Below, one piece after another: positions 55,550-64,000 of a stretch of DNA of 64,000 nt. The stretch spans positions 58,142-122,141 of the forward strand of contig CAWFAD010000012.1 of assembly GCA_963813815.1 (NCBI GenBank), written 5' to 3'. The notes under the pieces are model-generated. The model saw only the letters and a program-made list of their open reading frames with translations, had not been told where the DNA came from and ran no database searches. Both the position numbers and the translations under genes were made by a program. The stretch is from an uncultured bacterium (GTDB taxonomy: Bacteria; Krumholzibacteriota; Krumholzibacteriia; Krumholzibacteriales; Krumholzibacteriaceae). The first letter of the stretch is position 1, and each line of letters starts with the position of its first letter.

Positions 55550-57529
55550 CTAGGGAGCGATGGTGAGAAGCACCTGATCCTTCTCGACCGAGGTGCCGGG
55601 GGCGACCTTGAGCGCCTTGACGGTGCCGTTCATGCCGGACGTGAGGTTGTTCTGCATCTTCATGGCCTCGAGGATGACGAGAACGTCCCCCTCCTTGACC
55701 TTGTCGCCGACCTTCACCTCGAACTGCACCACCATTCCCGGCATAGGGGCTATGACCGAATATTCGCCGTTCGAGGACGCCGGGGCGTCGTTCTTCGCGC
55801 CCTTCGGCTTCGCCTCGTCCTTCTGCGGTTTCGGTTCCTCTTTCTTCTCGTTTTCCTTCTTCTCCGTCTCGGCCGGAGTCGACGGCTCCTTGCGAACGAG
55901 AGGCTGCGTCTCGCCGACCGCGACGACGCGCGGCTTGCCGCCTATCTCCTCGACGTCGACGCTGTATCGCTCCCCGCTGACCGAGACGCTGAAGGTGCGG
56001 ATGGCCGAGCCGCCCGATCCGCTCGCCGCCGGGGCCTTCTCGACAAGCTGGCCCTTGAGCGCCTTCTCGATCGTCTCGTTCTCGCGTTTGACGTCCTCGA
56101 TCGTTTTCGCTTTCGTCTCCGGGGGCGCCTGCTCCTTGCCGTACTTCCAGCGCAGGAAACGCAGCCCCGTCGTCGGATACATCGCGTAGACGAGGATGTC
56201 CCGCTCGTTTTTCGCGATATCTTTCGTCGCCTCGCGCGCCTTGTCCATCTCGGGCTCGAGGGTATCGGCCGCGCGGCACGTGATGGGCTTCTCGCCGCGC
56301 GGATAGCCATGGAGCACGATCCGCTGGATGCGCGGATCGATGGGGGCCGGCGGTTTGCCGTAGAGGCCGTAGACGTAGTCCTTCACCTGGCTCGAGATCA
56401 TCTTGTACCGGCCGAAAAGGACGTTCTGGACGGCCTGCGTCCCGACGATCTGGCTCGTCGGGGTCACGAGCGGCGGGTACCCGAGCTCCTTGCGCGTGCG
56501 CGGCAGCTCCTCGTACACCTCGCCTATGCGGTCGAGGGCGTCCGCCTCCTTGAGCTGGCTCATGAGGTTCGTGAGCATGCCGCCGGGTATCTGGTGATCG
56601 AGCACCCCGGTATCGATGATCGACATCTTCGTCGAATCGAGGAACTGCCGGTACTTGGGAGCGATCGACTCGAGGTACTGCGCCACCTCGTAGAGCTTCT
56701 CGAGATCGAGCCCGGGGTCGCGCATCTTTCCCTTGAGAGCCGCGACGATCGGCTCCACGGCCGGCTCGCTCGTGCGGAGACCGAACGGCGACACGGCGCA
56801 ATCGACAATGTCGACCCCCGCCTCGATCGCCTTGAGATAGGTCATCGACGCCATGCCGCTCGTGTAATGGCAGTGAAGCTGGAGCGGGATCTTCACGACC
56901 CGTTTGAGGGCCTGAATGAGCTCGTAGGCGTCATACGGGTTGAGAAGGCCGGCCATGTCCTTGATGCAGATCGAATCCGCCCCCATCTCCTTGAGTGCCT
57001 TGGCCTTCTCGACGTAATAGCGGAGATTGTATACCTTGCCGCCGATCTTCGACCCTGTGAGCGAGAAGGAGATGGTGCCCTGAATGTGCTTTTTCGCCTT
57101 CTTGATCGCCTTGAACGAGGCCACGAAGTTGCGCTCGTCGTTCAGCGCGTCGAACACGCGGAAGATGTCGACGCCGGCCTCGGCCGATTCGGCCACGAAC
57201 GCATCGACCACGTCGTCGGCGTAGTTGCGGTAACCGACGAGATTCTGGCCTCGAAGCAGCATCTGAAGCGGCGTTTTCTTCACGCGCTTCTTGAGCTCGA
57301 CGAGCCGGTCCCATGGATCCTCGTTGAGAAAGCGCGTCGCGACGTCGAACGTCGCCCCGCCCCATACCTCGAGGGCATGAAATCCGATCCGGTCCAGCCG
57401 CTCGGCGATGGGAAGCATGTCCTCCGTCCGCATCCTCGTCGCGAGCGTGGACTGGTGCCCGTCCCTGAGCGTGGTATCGGTGATCTTTACGGATGTGAAG
57501 GCCTTGAGAATTCTGGCCCGATTCGGCAT
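55550..57529 (-). CDS. oadA: Carboxyltransferase plus biotin carboxyl carrier protein (oxaloacetate decarboxylase alpha / pyruvate carboxylase subunit B type)
   Basis: The 659 aa protein has a TIM-barrel carboxyltransferase N-terminus (ITDTTLRDGHQS). After a Pro/Glu/Lys-rich linker, the C-terminal biotinyl domain has the EAMKM biotinylation motif. Confidence 0.85.
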   Translation of the reverse strand: MPNRARILKAFTSVKITDTTLRDGHQSTLATRMRTEDMLPIAERLDRIGFHALEVWGGATFDVATRFLNEDPWDRLVELKKRVKKTPLQMLLRGQNLVGYRNYADDVVDAFVAESAEAGVDIFRVFDALNDERNFVASFKAIKKAKKHIQGTISFSLTGSKIGGKVYNLRYYVEKAKALKEMGADSICIKDMAGLLNPYDAYELIQALKRVVKIPLQLHCHYTSGMASMTYLKAIEAGVDIVDCAVSPFGLRTSEPAVEPIVAALKGKMRDPGLDLEKLYEVAQYLESIAPKYRQFLDSTKMSIIDTGVLDHQIPGGMLTNLMSQLKEADALDRIGEVYEELPRTRKELGYPPLVTPTSQIVGTQAVQNVLFGRYKMISSQVKDYVYGLYGKPPAPIDPRIQRIVLHGYPRGEKPITCRAADTLEPEMDKAREATKDIAKNERDILVYAMYPTTGLRFLRWKYGKEQAPPETKAKTIEDVKRENETIEKALKGQLVEKAPAASGSGGSAIRTFSVSVSGERYSVDVEEIGGKPRVVAVGETQPLVRKEPSTPAETEKKENEKKEEPKPQKDEAKPKGAKNDAPASSNGEYSVIAPMPGMVVQFEVKVGDKVKEGDVLVILEAMKMQNNLTSGMNGTVKALKVAPGTSVEKDQVLLTIAP

Positions 57530-57568
57530 ACAGCAAACCCTTCAAAAAGGTTTCGGCGGAGCCCCTGA

Positions 57569-57769
57569 TTATATGATCGAGAATCTCCTCGGGCTCATCC
57601 GTGCCGGATTCGCCCGCACGGCCAGCGCCATCTTCGACATCGTTTCCCGGCGCCCGGCCATTTTCCAGGGGCTCAGCTTCTGCCCGAACCTTCTCTCGTC
57701 GTTATTTTCCAGTTCTATGTATGCATCCACGGCCGCCGTGATGACGGCGAGCGTCCTCGTGTCGAGCAT
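57569..57769 (-). CDS. Small hypothetical ORF upstream of oadA
   Basis: The 66 aa ORF has an AVITAAVDAY segment reminiscent of the C-terminal motif of OadG (the sodium-pump decarboxylase gamma subunit) but lacks the expected N-terminal TM helix. Confidence 0.2.
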   Translation of the reverse strand: MLDTRTLAVITAAVDAYIELENNDERRFGQKLSPWKMAGRRETMSKMALAVRANPARMSPRRFSII

Positions 57770-57940
57770 CCTCGTTCCTCCCGGTTACGGGAAAAGATAA
57801 CCCCGCCGTTTTGCGGGTGTCAATCCAAAAAATGCCCGCCCGCCCGACGGCGCCAAACACATAATAATTTATCAAATAATCAATTAGCTCGGTGCGAGCC
57901 CGGCAGGCTGGTTAAAAAGCCCGCCGCGGGGGCTTTGAAA

Positions 57941-58018
<78 letters not shown>

Positions 58019-58058
58019 GGGCGTTAATCTTATTGGAAAAACACCAATTGTCAATGAA

Positions 58059-58778
58059 TTATTGCTTTGAAGGCCCTCGGCGGGGGCGTCTCGCGGCGTG
58101 CTCGGAGGCCTCGATATCGAGCATCCGCTTGCCGCCGACGTACTCCCGGGATGCCGGGCGCGTGATACCCGGCAGGCGCTCGGCGATGCGCTGAATGCGG
58201 GAAATTTCGCGCTCGATGCTGCGAAGCTTCCTCACGGCTCCCGCGTCCAGGCGGTCGCTCTCCATGAGAAGAAGCTGCGTGTTGCCGAGAATGGCGCAGA
58301 GCGGGTTATTGATGGCGTGGCTCAGCCCGACCGCTATCTCGGAGAGGGCGGCGAGACGCTCCGCCTCGAGGAGCTTGCCCTGAAACCGCTTCACGTCCCG
58401 GAGATCGGAGATGACGCAGAGAACCCCCGCGAGACCGCCGCGGCCCCTGCGGAGAGGAGAAACGACGAGTCGAACCGGGATATCGCCGCCCCTCTTCGAA
58501 CGTATCTTCGTTATGAAGCCGTCCGCCTCGTACCGTCCCCGCTCCCGCAGGATGCGCGTGATGTAGCGCAGCTGGGAAACGCTCATGAGGGCGTTCGCCC
58601 GGCGCCGCTCCACTTCCGAACGGCCGTAGCCGGTGAGCTCCTCCGCCGCGCCGTTCATCATGATGACGCGGAGCCCCGTGTCGAGCGACAGGAGGGCCGC
58701 GGGAAAGCTCTCGAACACCCCGGCGAGGTAGTCCCTCGTCTCGCGTCTGCCCGGCTTATGCTTCGTTGCCGTCTCCAT
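58059..58778 (-). CDS. PAS plus HisKA (dimerisation/phosphoacceptor) protein lacking a recognisable HATPase_c domain
   Basis: The 239 aa protein has a PAS-like N-terminus (LLSLDTGLRVIMMNGAAEELTGY) and an H-box LSEIAVGLSHAINNPLCAILGNTQLL. It ends about 60 aa later, just before tRNA-Phe. It is either a truncated sensor kinase or a phosphotransfer/regulatory protein. Confidence 0.55.
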   Translation of the reverse strand: METATKHKPGRRETRDYLAGVFESFPAALLSLDTGLRVIMMNGAAEELTGYGRSEVERRRANALMSVSQLRYITRILRERGRYEADGFITKIRSKRGGDIPVRLVVSPLRRGRGGLAGVLCVISDLRDVKRFQGKLLEAERLAALSEIAVGLSHAINNPLCAILGNTQLLLMESDRLDAGAVRKLRSIEREISRIQRIAERLPGITRPASREYVGGKRMLDIEASEHAARRPRRGPSKQ

Positions 58779-58826
58779 GCGGTACGACCCGTTCCGGCCG
58801 CCGCGGCCCGTCGCCGCGGCGCTCCC

Positions 58827-59237
58827 TCAGCGCGCCTCGGCGACGCCGCGGCGCTCCATGTGGATGGCGATGCGCTCAATCAGACGCTTCATGTCGAAGG
58901 GCTTGTACATGAACTCGTCGGCCTTCGACCACGTCTTGAGAAAATCCTCGCGCTCGGGGCTCGCGACCTTGCGCGCGGTGAGGACGAGGATCGGGAATGG
59001 ATCGACCTTCCCCTGCTCCATCTCCTCCTTGAGAATGCGCGAAACCTCGTAGCCGTTCTTGCCCGGAAGCATGATGTCGAGCAGCATGAGGTCGATCTGC
59101 TCTTTTCGGGCCTTCCGCAGCGCGTGCAGACCGTCGTGCGCGACGTCCACCGTGAATCCCTTGACCTCGAGGCTGTACTTCACGGTCTCGATGATGTCCA
59201 CGTCGTCCTCGACGATGAGGACCCGGTACCCTTTCAT
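58827..59237 (-). CDS. Single-domain response regulator (CheY-like receiver)
   Basis: The 136 aa protein has YRVLIVEDD and the MLLDIMLPGKNG phospho-Asp region. Confidence 0.85.
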   Translation of the reverse strand: MKGYRVLIVEDDVDIIETVKYSLEVKGFTVDVAHDGLHALRKARKEQIDLMLLDIMLPGKNGYEVSRILKEEMEQGKVDPFPILVLTARKVASPEREDFLKTWSKADEFMYKPFDMKRLIERIAIHMERRGVAEAR

Positions 59238-61195
59238 TCGACTTCTCCTTTCAGTGCAACGACCGTCGCTTCGGGCTCGAGCGCGGCGAGCGCCGCGGCG
59301 ACGAGATCCCGCAGATCTATTCCATCCCTGCGGGCGACCGAGCGTCCGGCCCGGATGCCCGAGGGAAGCGCGAGCGTGCCGCGTTCCCGCGCGCTGACGC
59401 CGAGGGCGAGAGACTCGCCCAGCGGCCAGACGAGGAGCTCCTCATCGTGCGGCTCGCTGCGATGGGGATTGACCGCCGCCCCGCCCCTCGCGGGCGCCAG
59501 TGCCTTCTCCCAGGGCTCCTTCCCCGGCTTCTCGAAACAGTACACGACGGGCATGAGCCCGAGGCTCATCATCTCCTCGAAACGCATCTCGGCCGTCCGG
59601 TACTGCTGGATGACCCGGAACGTCGCTCCGTCGGCGGGCAGATACAGGTGCACGGCGCTGCCGCCGACGACTCCCTCCTCGATGACGAGCGACCCCCCCT
59701 GAAGCCGGATGAGCCGCTGCGCCACGCGGAGCCCGAGCCCCTGCGAGGCGCGAATGGGCCGGTACGCCGTCTGAGCGGACCGGTTCGCGCGGCGCGCCAC
59801 CTCTTCCGGTATGCCTCCGCCCGTGTCGCGAACGCAGAGATCAGCGAACGTCAGCGTTCCCACGCGTCCGAGGAGCGGCCCGGGGAGAAAGAGAGCCGGA
59901 CAACCGGCGCAGGGGATGACGGTGATCGAGACGGTCCCTCCCGAGGGGACGTGCTTGATGCTGTTCGCGAGCAGGTTCTGGATGACCTGCTCGAGCCGGT
60001 CGCGATCGAAGGCGAGCCGGTCTGCGTCGCCGTCGACGAACACCATAAAATCGATCCCCTTCCTCTTCAGCGGCTCGACGAAGAGGGAGGACGCGTCCTC
60101 GATGAACGGCCGTATGTCGTGGAGCTCGATCCGCAGCGCCCGCTCGTCGATGCGCGCGCCGGAGGAATCGATGAGGCCGTCGACGAGCATGCCGAGCCGC
60201 TCGACCGTCCGGAGCGAGTTGGCGAGAAAACGCCCCGCGACCGGCTCGCCGCCGCCGCGGCCCGGGTCTTCCTCCGACTCGGCCACGATCGTGAGCGAGT
60301 TCTTGAGCGCCGTGAGCGGCGTGCGCAGCTCGTGCGCGACCATGGCGATCATTTCCTCGCGCATTTCGGCCTGCTCGCGCGCGGGGGTCGCGTCCCGGAC
60401 GAGCATGAGCGCGCCGACGCCCTCGGCCAGCCCTTCGACGCGGGCGCAGGAAACGGACAGATAGCGTTCGGGCGCGATCGATCCCTTGAGCTCGCGATCG
60501 ACGACCTCGCGCTGGAGTATGTTGAACTCATCCCAGATGCCCTGAAGGCTGAAGAGCGACCGGGAGCCGATTCCTCCGACGGTGTCGGGCATCTCGTCAC
60601 GGATTCCCAGGATCTCCGCGAAGGCCCGGTTCGATCCGACGATGGCCCCCTCCGGCGACACGAGAGCGGCTCCGAGGGGAATGGCGGCGAGAAAACGCTC
60701 CAGTATGTCCCGCTCCCCCCCCACGCGATAAACGAGCGGCGAGCGCTCCCCTTCCTCCTCGGCGAGCCCGCGAAGCGAGGCGATGTCGTCCCTTCCGAAC
60801 GCCTCCTTGCGAACGCTCCCGAGGTAGAGCACGCCTCGCACCTTCGAGCCGAAAGCGAGCGGCACGAGGAAATAGCTCTCGATCCTCGGATTGCCGAGAA
60901 GATAGAGGACGGCCGGCTCGCTTCGCCGGTACATGATCCACTCGAGATGCTCGCGCTCCGGTTCGAGGCCGTTCGTGAACATGCGGTAGCTCGAGCGGAC
61001 CTTCTCTCGAATCTCCTGGACCCGCGAGGCGAGCTCGCGGTTCTCGCACAGTATGTAGACGAGCTCGCGCTCCCGCGCCGTGCAGAAGGCGCAGTACTCC
61101 GCCTGCATGCGCTCCATGATCTCGAGGAGAACCGCGCGCATTCCCTCGTCGTTTCCGACCGCCTTGAGGAGCCGTATTTTGAGCGTCTCGTCCAT
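59234..61195 (-). CDS. Sensor histidine kinase (GAF/PAS sensory region, HisKA, HATPase_c)
   Basis: The 653 aa protein has an H-box MVAHELRTPL, an N-box QVIQNLLANSIKH and G-boxes DTGGGIP and GLGLRVAQRL. Confidence 0.85.
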   Translation of the reverse strand: MDETLKIRLLKAVGNDEGMRAVLLEIMERMQAEYCAFCTARERELVYILCENRELASRVQEIREKVRSSYRMFTNGLEPEREHLEWIMYRRSEPAVLYLLGNPRIESYFLVPLAFGSKVRGVLYLGSVRKEAFGRDDIASLRGLAEEEGERSPLVYRVGGERDILERFLAAIPLGAALVSPEGAIVGSNRAFAEILGIRDEMPDTVGGIGSRSLFSLQGIWDEFNILQREVVDRELKGSIAPERYLSVSCARVEGLAEGVGALMLVRDATPAREQAEMREEMIAMVAHELRTPLTALKNSLTIVAESEEDPGRGGGEPVAGRFLANSLRTVERLGMLVDGLIDSSGARIDERALRIELHDIRPFIEDASSLFVEPLKRKGIDFMVFVDGDADRLAFDRDRLEQVIQNLLANSIKHVPSGGTVSITVIPCAGCPALFLPGPLLGRVGTLTFADLCVRDTGGGIPEEVARRANRSAQTAYRPIRASQGLGLRVAQRLIRLQGGSLVIEEGVVGGSAVHLYLPADGATFRVIQQYRTAEMRFEEMMSLGLMPVVYCFEKPGKEPWEKALAPARGGAAVNPHRSEPHDEELLVWPLGESLALGVSARERGTLALPSGIRAGRSVARRDGIDLRDLVAAALAALEPEATVVALKGEVE

Positions 61196-61504
61196 AATTC
61201 GATGATGGCCGCGTGGGGCGCTCCCGCGCCCTCGGCCCCTCTTTTCCCATTCACAGTGGCCCGGGGAGGTCCCCCGGCGAACATCTTACGCGATGCCAAA
61301 ACGCAACTTACATGCCACGGACCTTGCCGCCGCGCACCCCGGCGCTTCTCCCGCGAACCGCCGGGATGCAACCTTTTAATCGATTGATATTATTGCGGAT
61401 AAATAGAAAGCGAAGCCGCGGGGGACGGCATTGCGCCTTCACGGGTGCGCCCGGTCTGGGTCACAGCCGCTTCGGAACGCTGGCAAGAAAGTTTCCAGGA
61501 GAAA

Positions 61505-62479
61505 TCAGGACTCGTAGCCGTCGGGAAAGCGTTCCTTCCACGCGAACGCGTCCCGGATGATCTCCTCGATCCCGGGATGGAAGCGCTTCCAGCCGAGCAG
61601 GCGCTCGGCCTTCTCGGAAGAGGCGACGAGCGCGGCCGGATCGCCGGGCCGGCGCTCGCCGACCCGGTACGGCACCTTGAGCTTCGTCACGCGCTCGGCG
61701 GCGCGCACGACCTCGAGCACGCTGAATCCCCTGCCGTTCCCGAGGTTGAGAACGCCGGCGTGTCCGGCGACGAGCTTTTCGAGACCGAGAAGGTGCGCCG
61801 TCGCGAGATCCTTTACGTGGATATAATCCCTGACGCAGGTTCCGTCGCACGTCGGGTAATCGCCGCCGTAGACGACGAGCGCGTCGCGCCTGCCGAGAGC
61901 GACGTCGAGCACGAGCGGGATGAGGTGCGTCTCGGGGCGGTGATCCTCGCCGTGGCTCCGCCCGGCTCCCGCGGCGTTGAAGTAGCGGAGCGAAAGAGAT
62001 CGGAGCCCCCACGCCACCCCGCAGTCGGCGAGCATCCGCTCGATGCCGAGCTTCGTGTTGCCGTAGGCGTTCAGCGGACGAAGCGAAGCCTCCTCGGGGA
62101 TGGGAACCGCGTCCGGCTCGCCGTACACGGCCGCGGAGGACGAGAACAGAAAGTATTTCACGCTGCGCGCCCGCATGGCGTCGAGAAGCGAAATCGCGCC
62201 GGAAATGTTGTTGCGGTAGTACTTGATCGGATCGGCGACCGATTCGGCCACCTGCGAGAAGGCCGCGAAGTGGCACACCGCGTCGACGCCGTCGAGAGCC
62301 GAGGCGAGAAACCCGCCGTCGAGGAGATCCCCCTCGCGGAAGGAAACGCGCTCGTCCACGGCGCCCCGGTGCCCCGTCGAAAGGTTGTCGACGACGATCA
62401 CCTCGTGCTTCGCCTCGAGCAGATGCTCGGTGACGACGCTCCCGATATAACCCGCTCCGCCGGTCACGAGGATTCGCAT
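61505..62479 (-). CDS. galE: UDP-glucose 4-epimerase
   Basis: From the internal Met MRILVTGGAGYIGSVVTEHLL the 324 aa protein has the YGNTK catalytic Tyr/Lys motif and an SDR extended family fold. Confidence 0.85.
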   Translation of the reverse strand: MRILVTGGAGYIGSVVTEHLLEAKHEVIVVDNLSTGHRGAVDERVSFREGDLLDGGFLASALDGVDAVCHFAAFSQVAESVADPIKYYRNNISGAISLLDAMRARSVKYFLFSSSAAVYGEPDAVPIPEEASLRPLNAYGNTKLGIERMLADCGVAWGLRSLSLRYFNAAGAGRSHGEDHRPETHLIPLVLDVALGRRDALVVYGGDYPTCDGTCVRDYIHVKDLATAHLLGLEKLVAGHAGVLNLGNGRGFSVLEVVRAAERVTKLKVPYRVGERRPGDPAALVASSEKAERLLGWKRFHPGIEEIIRDAFAWKERFPDGYES

Positions 62480-64000
62480 CTCGGGGAACCTCCGTACCTC
62501 TCCAGATACGCGGCCAAGTGCTTGCCCGTCAGGGACTGATTCGATTGTACGATGCTCTCGGGCGGGCCACAAGCGATAACCGCGCCTCCCTCATCGCCGC
62601 CGCCGGGCCCGAGGTCGATGACCTGATCCGCCCACCGGATCACTTCCATGTTGTGTTCGATGAGGACGATCGTATGCCCCGCGGCGGCGAGATCGTCGAG
62701 GACGCCGAGGAGCCTCTCGACGTCGCTCATATGAAGCCCCGTCGTTGGCTCGTCCATGATGTAGAGGTTGCGTTCGCCGGGGGCGTCGGCGAGCTCGCGG
62801 GCGATCTTGATCCGCTGCGCCTCTCCTCCGGAGAGGGTGTTCGAAGGCTGGCCGAGGGTGAGGTATCCGAGCCCCACCTTCGAGAGGATCCAGAGACGCT
62901 CCCCGAGCTGCGGCGACGCGTCGAAAAAGAGAAGCGCGTCGTCGACCGTCATGTCGAGCGTCTCCGCGATCGTTTTTCCCTTGTGGCGGACGTCGAGGGT
63001 CTCGGCGTTGAAGCGGCGACCCTCGCACTCCTCGCACGGCACGAACACGTCCGCCATGAAATGCATCTCCACCCTGCGGAATCCGACCCCTTGGCAGCGC
63101 GGACAGCGTCCGCCGGCCCTGTTGAAGCTGAACCTGCCCGGGTCGTATCCGCGCCTGCGGGCGAGCGGCTCGGCGGCGAATATCTCGCGAATGAAGCTGA
63201 ACGCCTTGATATAGGTTATGGGATTGGAGCGGGGAGAGACGCCGATCGGACTCTGATCGACGAGCATCACCCGGTCGAGCCGCCCCGTGACCTTCCAGCC
63301 CCGGAGCCGCAGATGAGCCGCCGACAGCGGGTCCTTCGATACGACGCGGTGCAGCACGTCGACGACGAGCGTGCTCTTGCCGGAACCGGAGACGCCGGTG
63401 ACGCACGTGACGGCGCCGAGCGGAAACCGCGCGTCGATGTGCTTCAGGTTGTGCTCGGCGACTCCCGAGAGCTCGATCGCGCCGTGGGAGACACGCTTCT
63501 TTCTCGGGCGCCGCTCGATCGCGCTTCCCCCGGAGAGCCACGCGATCGTTTTCGATAGGGGCGCCGGGGCGCTCCGCGCCCGCTCGAGCGTCCCGTTGTA
63601 GAGCACTTCGCCGCCGCGGCTTCCCGGCCCCGGCCCGAGATCGACGAGCCAGTCGCACGAGGCGATGATATCGGGATCGTGCTCCACGACGATGACCGTG
63701 TTGCCGAGGTCCCGCAGGCGTCTCAACACCGAAACGAGCCTTTCGTTGTCGGCGGCGTGGAGGCCGATCGACGGCTCGTCGAGGATATAGAGGGTGTCGA
63801 CGAGATTCGCGCCGAGCGAGTTGGCGAGATTGATCCGCTGAGCCTCGCCTCCGGAGAGCGTCCGCGTGAGGCGGTCGAGCGTGAGGTATCCGAGACCCAC
63901 CTCGACGAGGAAGCGCAGCCGCGCCGTGAGCTCGGCGAGAACGTCGCGCGCGACGACGGCCTCTTCTTCCGTGAACCGGACGCTCGCGAGCTCGTCGAGA
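62464..64000 (-). CDS. uvrA: Excinuclease ABC subunit A (UvrA), C-terminal two thirds; the gene continues past the window end
   Basis: It has ABC signature motifs LSGGEAQRI (twice), Walker A GVSGSGKST, and the zinc finger CPRCQG ... CEEC. The frame remains open at 64000 (..LDELASVRFTEEEAVVARDV). Confidence 0.9.
   Translation of the reverse strand, partial: LDELASVRFTEEEAVVARDVLAELTARLRFLVEVGLGYLTLDRLTRTLSGGEAQRINLANSLGANLVDTLYILDEPSIGLHAADNERLVSVLRRLRDLGNTVIVVEHDPDIIASCDWLVDLGPGPGSRGGEVLYNGTLERARSAPAPLSKTIAWLSGGSAIERRPRKKRVSHGAIELSGVAEHNLKHIDARFPLGAVTCVTGVSGSGKSTLVVDVLHRVVSKDPLSAAHLRLRGWKVTGRLDRVMLVDQSPIGVSPRSNPITYIKAFSFIREIFAAEPLARRRGYDPGRFSFNRAGGRCPRCQGVGFRRVEMHFMADVFVPCEECEGRRFNAETLDVRHKGKTIAETLDMTVDDALLFFDASPQLGERLWILSKVGLGYLTLGQPSNTLSGGEAQRIKIARELADAPGERNLYIMDEPTTGLHMSDVERLLGVLDDLAAAGHTIVLIEHNMEVIRWADQVIDLGPGGGDEGGAVIACGPPESIVQSNQSLTGKHLAAYLERYGGSPRCESS

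Noticed and set aside
57569-57769. Calling the 66-aa ORF an OadG (oxaloacetate decarboxylase gamma) subunit
   Set aside because: Only a short AVITAAVDAY-like motif matches. The expected N-terminal TM helix is absent and the ORF has an odd composition. It is kept as a low-confidence hypothetical.

Overview
This window is a high-GC (about 65-70%) bacterial chromosomal segment, apparently from an anaerobe. The genes are densely packed and mostly on the minus strand.

Main content, left to right:
- Heat-shock operon hrcA-grpE-dnaK (dnaK partial at the left edge) with a CIRCE-like operator.
- lepB, a tRNA-Sec (selC), then ridA-glmS-glmM.
- Three 2-oxoacid:ferredoxin oxidoreductase (OFOR/POR-KOR) clusters. 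The first has a NuoE/NuoF/ferredoxin module inserted between the beta and gamma subunits. The second has a multiply frameshifted alpha subunit.
- acs.
- A sensor gene (two-component-regulator propeller repeats, Y_Y_Y, TM, PP2C/SpoIIE) split by a ~670 bp low-GC insertion that carries an imperfect tandem duplication.
- arsM with two small metal-binding-looking partners.
- A 1024-aa secreted protein with a T9SS C-terminal sorting domain.
- Three tandem Ser/Thr kinase paralogues with TPR tails.
- Malic enzyme.
- tRNA-Thr, then a TolC / ECF-sigma / anti-sigma / LTXXQ envelope module.
- A nine-gene minus-strand operon: OadA/PycB, a second NuoF-NuoE-ferredoxin trio, a GltD-like flavoprotein fused to ferredoxin and MvhD domains, an HdrD-like CCG protein, a 2Fe-2S/FAD/BFD oxidoreductase, an FAD-dependent amino-acid-oxidase-like subunit and a hotdog thioesterase. 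I read this as the best candidate for an undescribed flavin-based electron-bifurcating (FBEB) system.
- tRNA-Phe, a two-component cluster, galE and partial uvrA.

Caveats:
- Several core genes carry frameshifts, so either the sequence is draft quality or several genes are pseudogenes.
- The printed sequence and the ORF track disagree by 1 nt in places (for example near 38520, 40381 and 46201). Coordinates I read directly from the nucleotides may be off by 1-2 nt.
- No rRNA, CRISPR array or transposase gene was seen.
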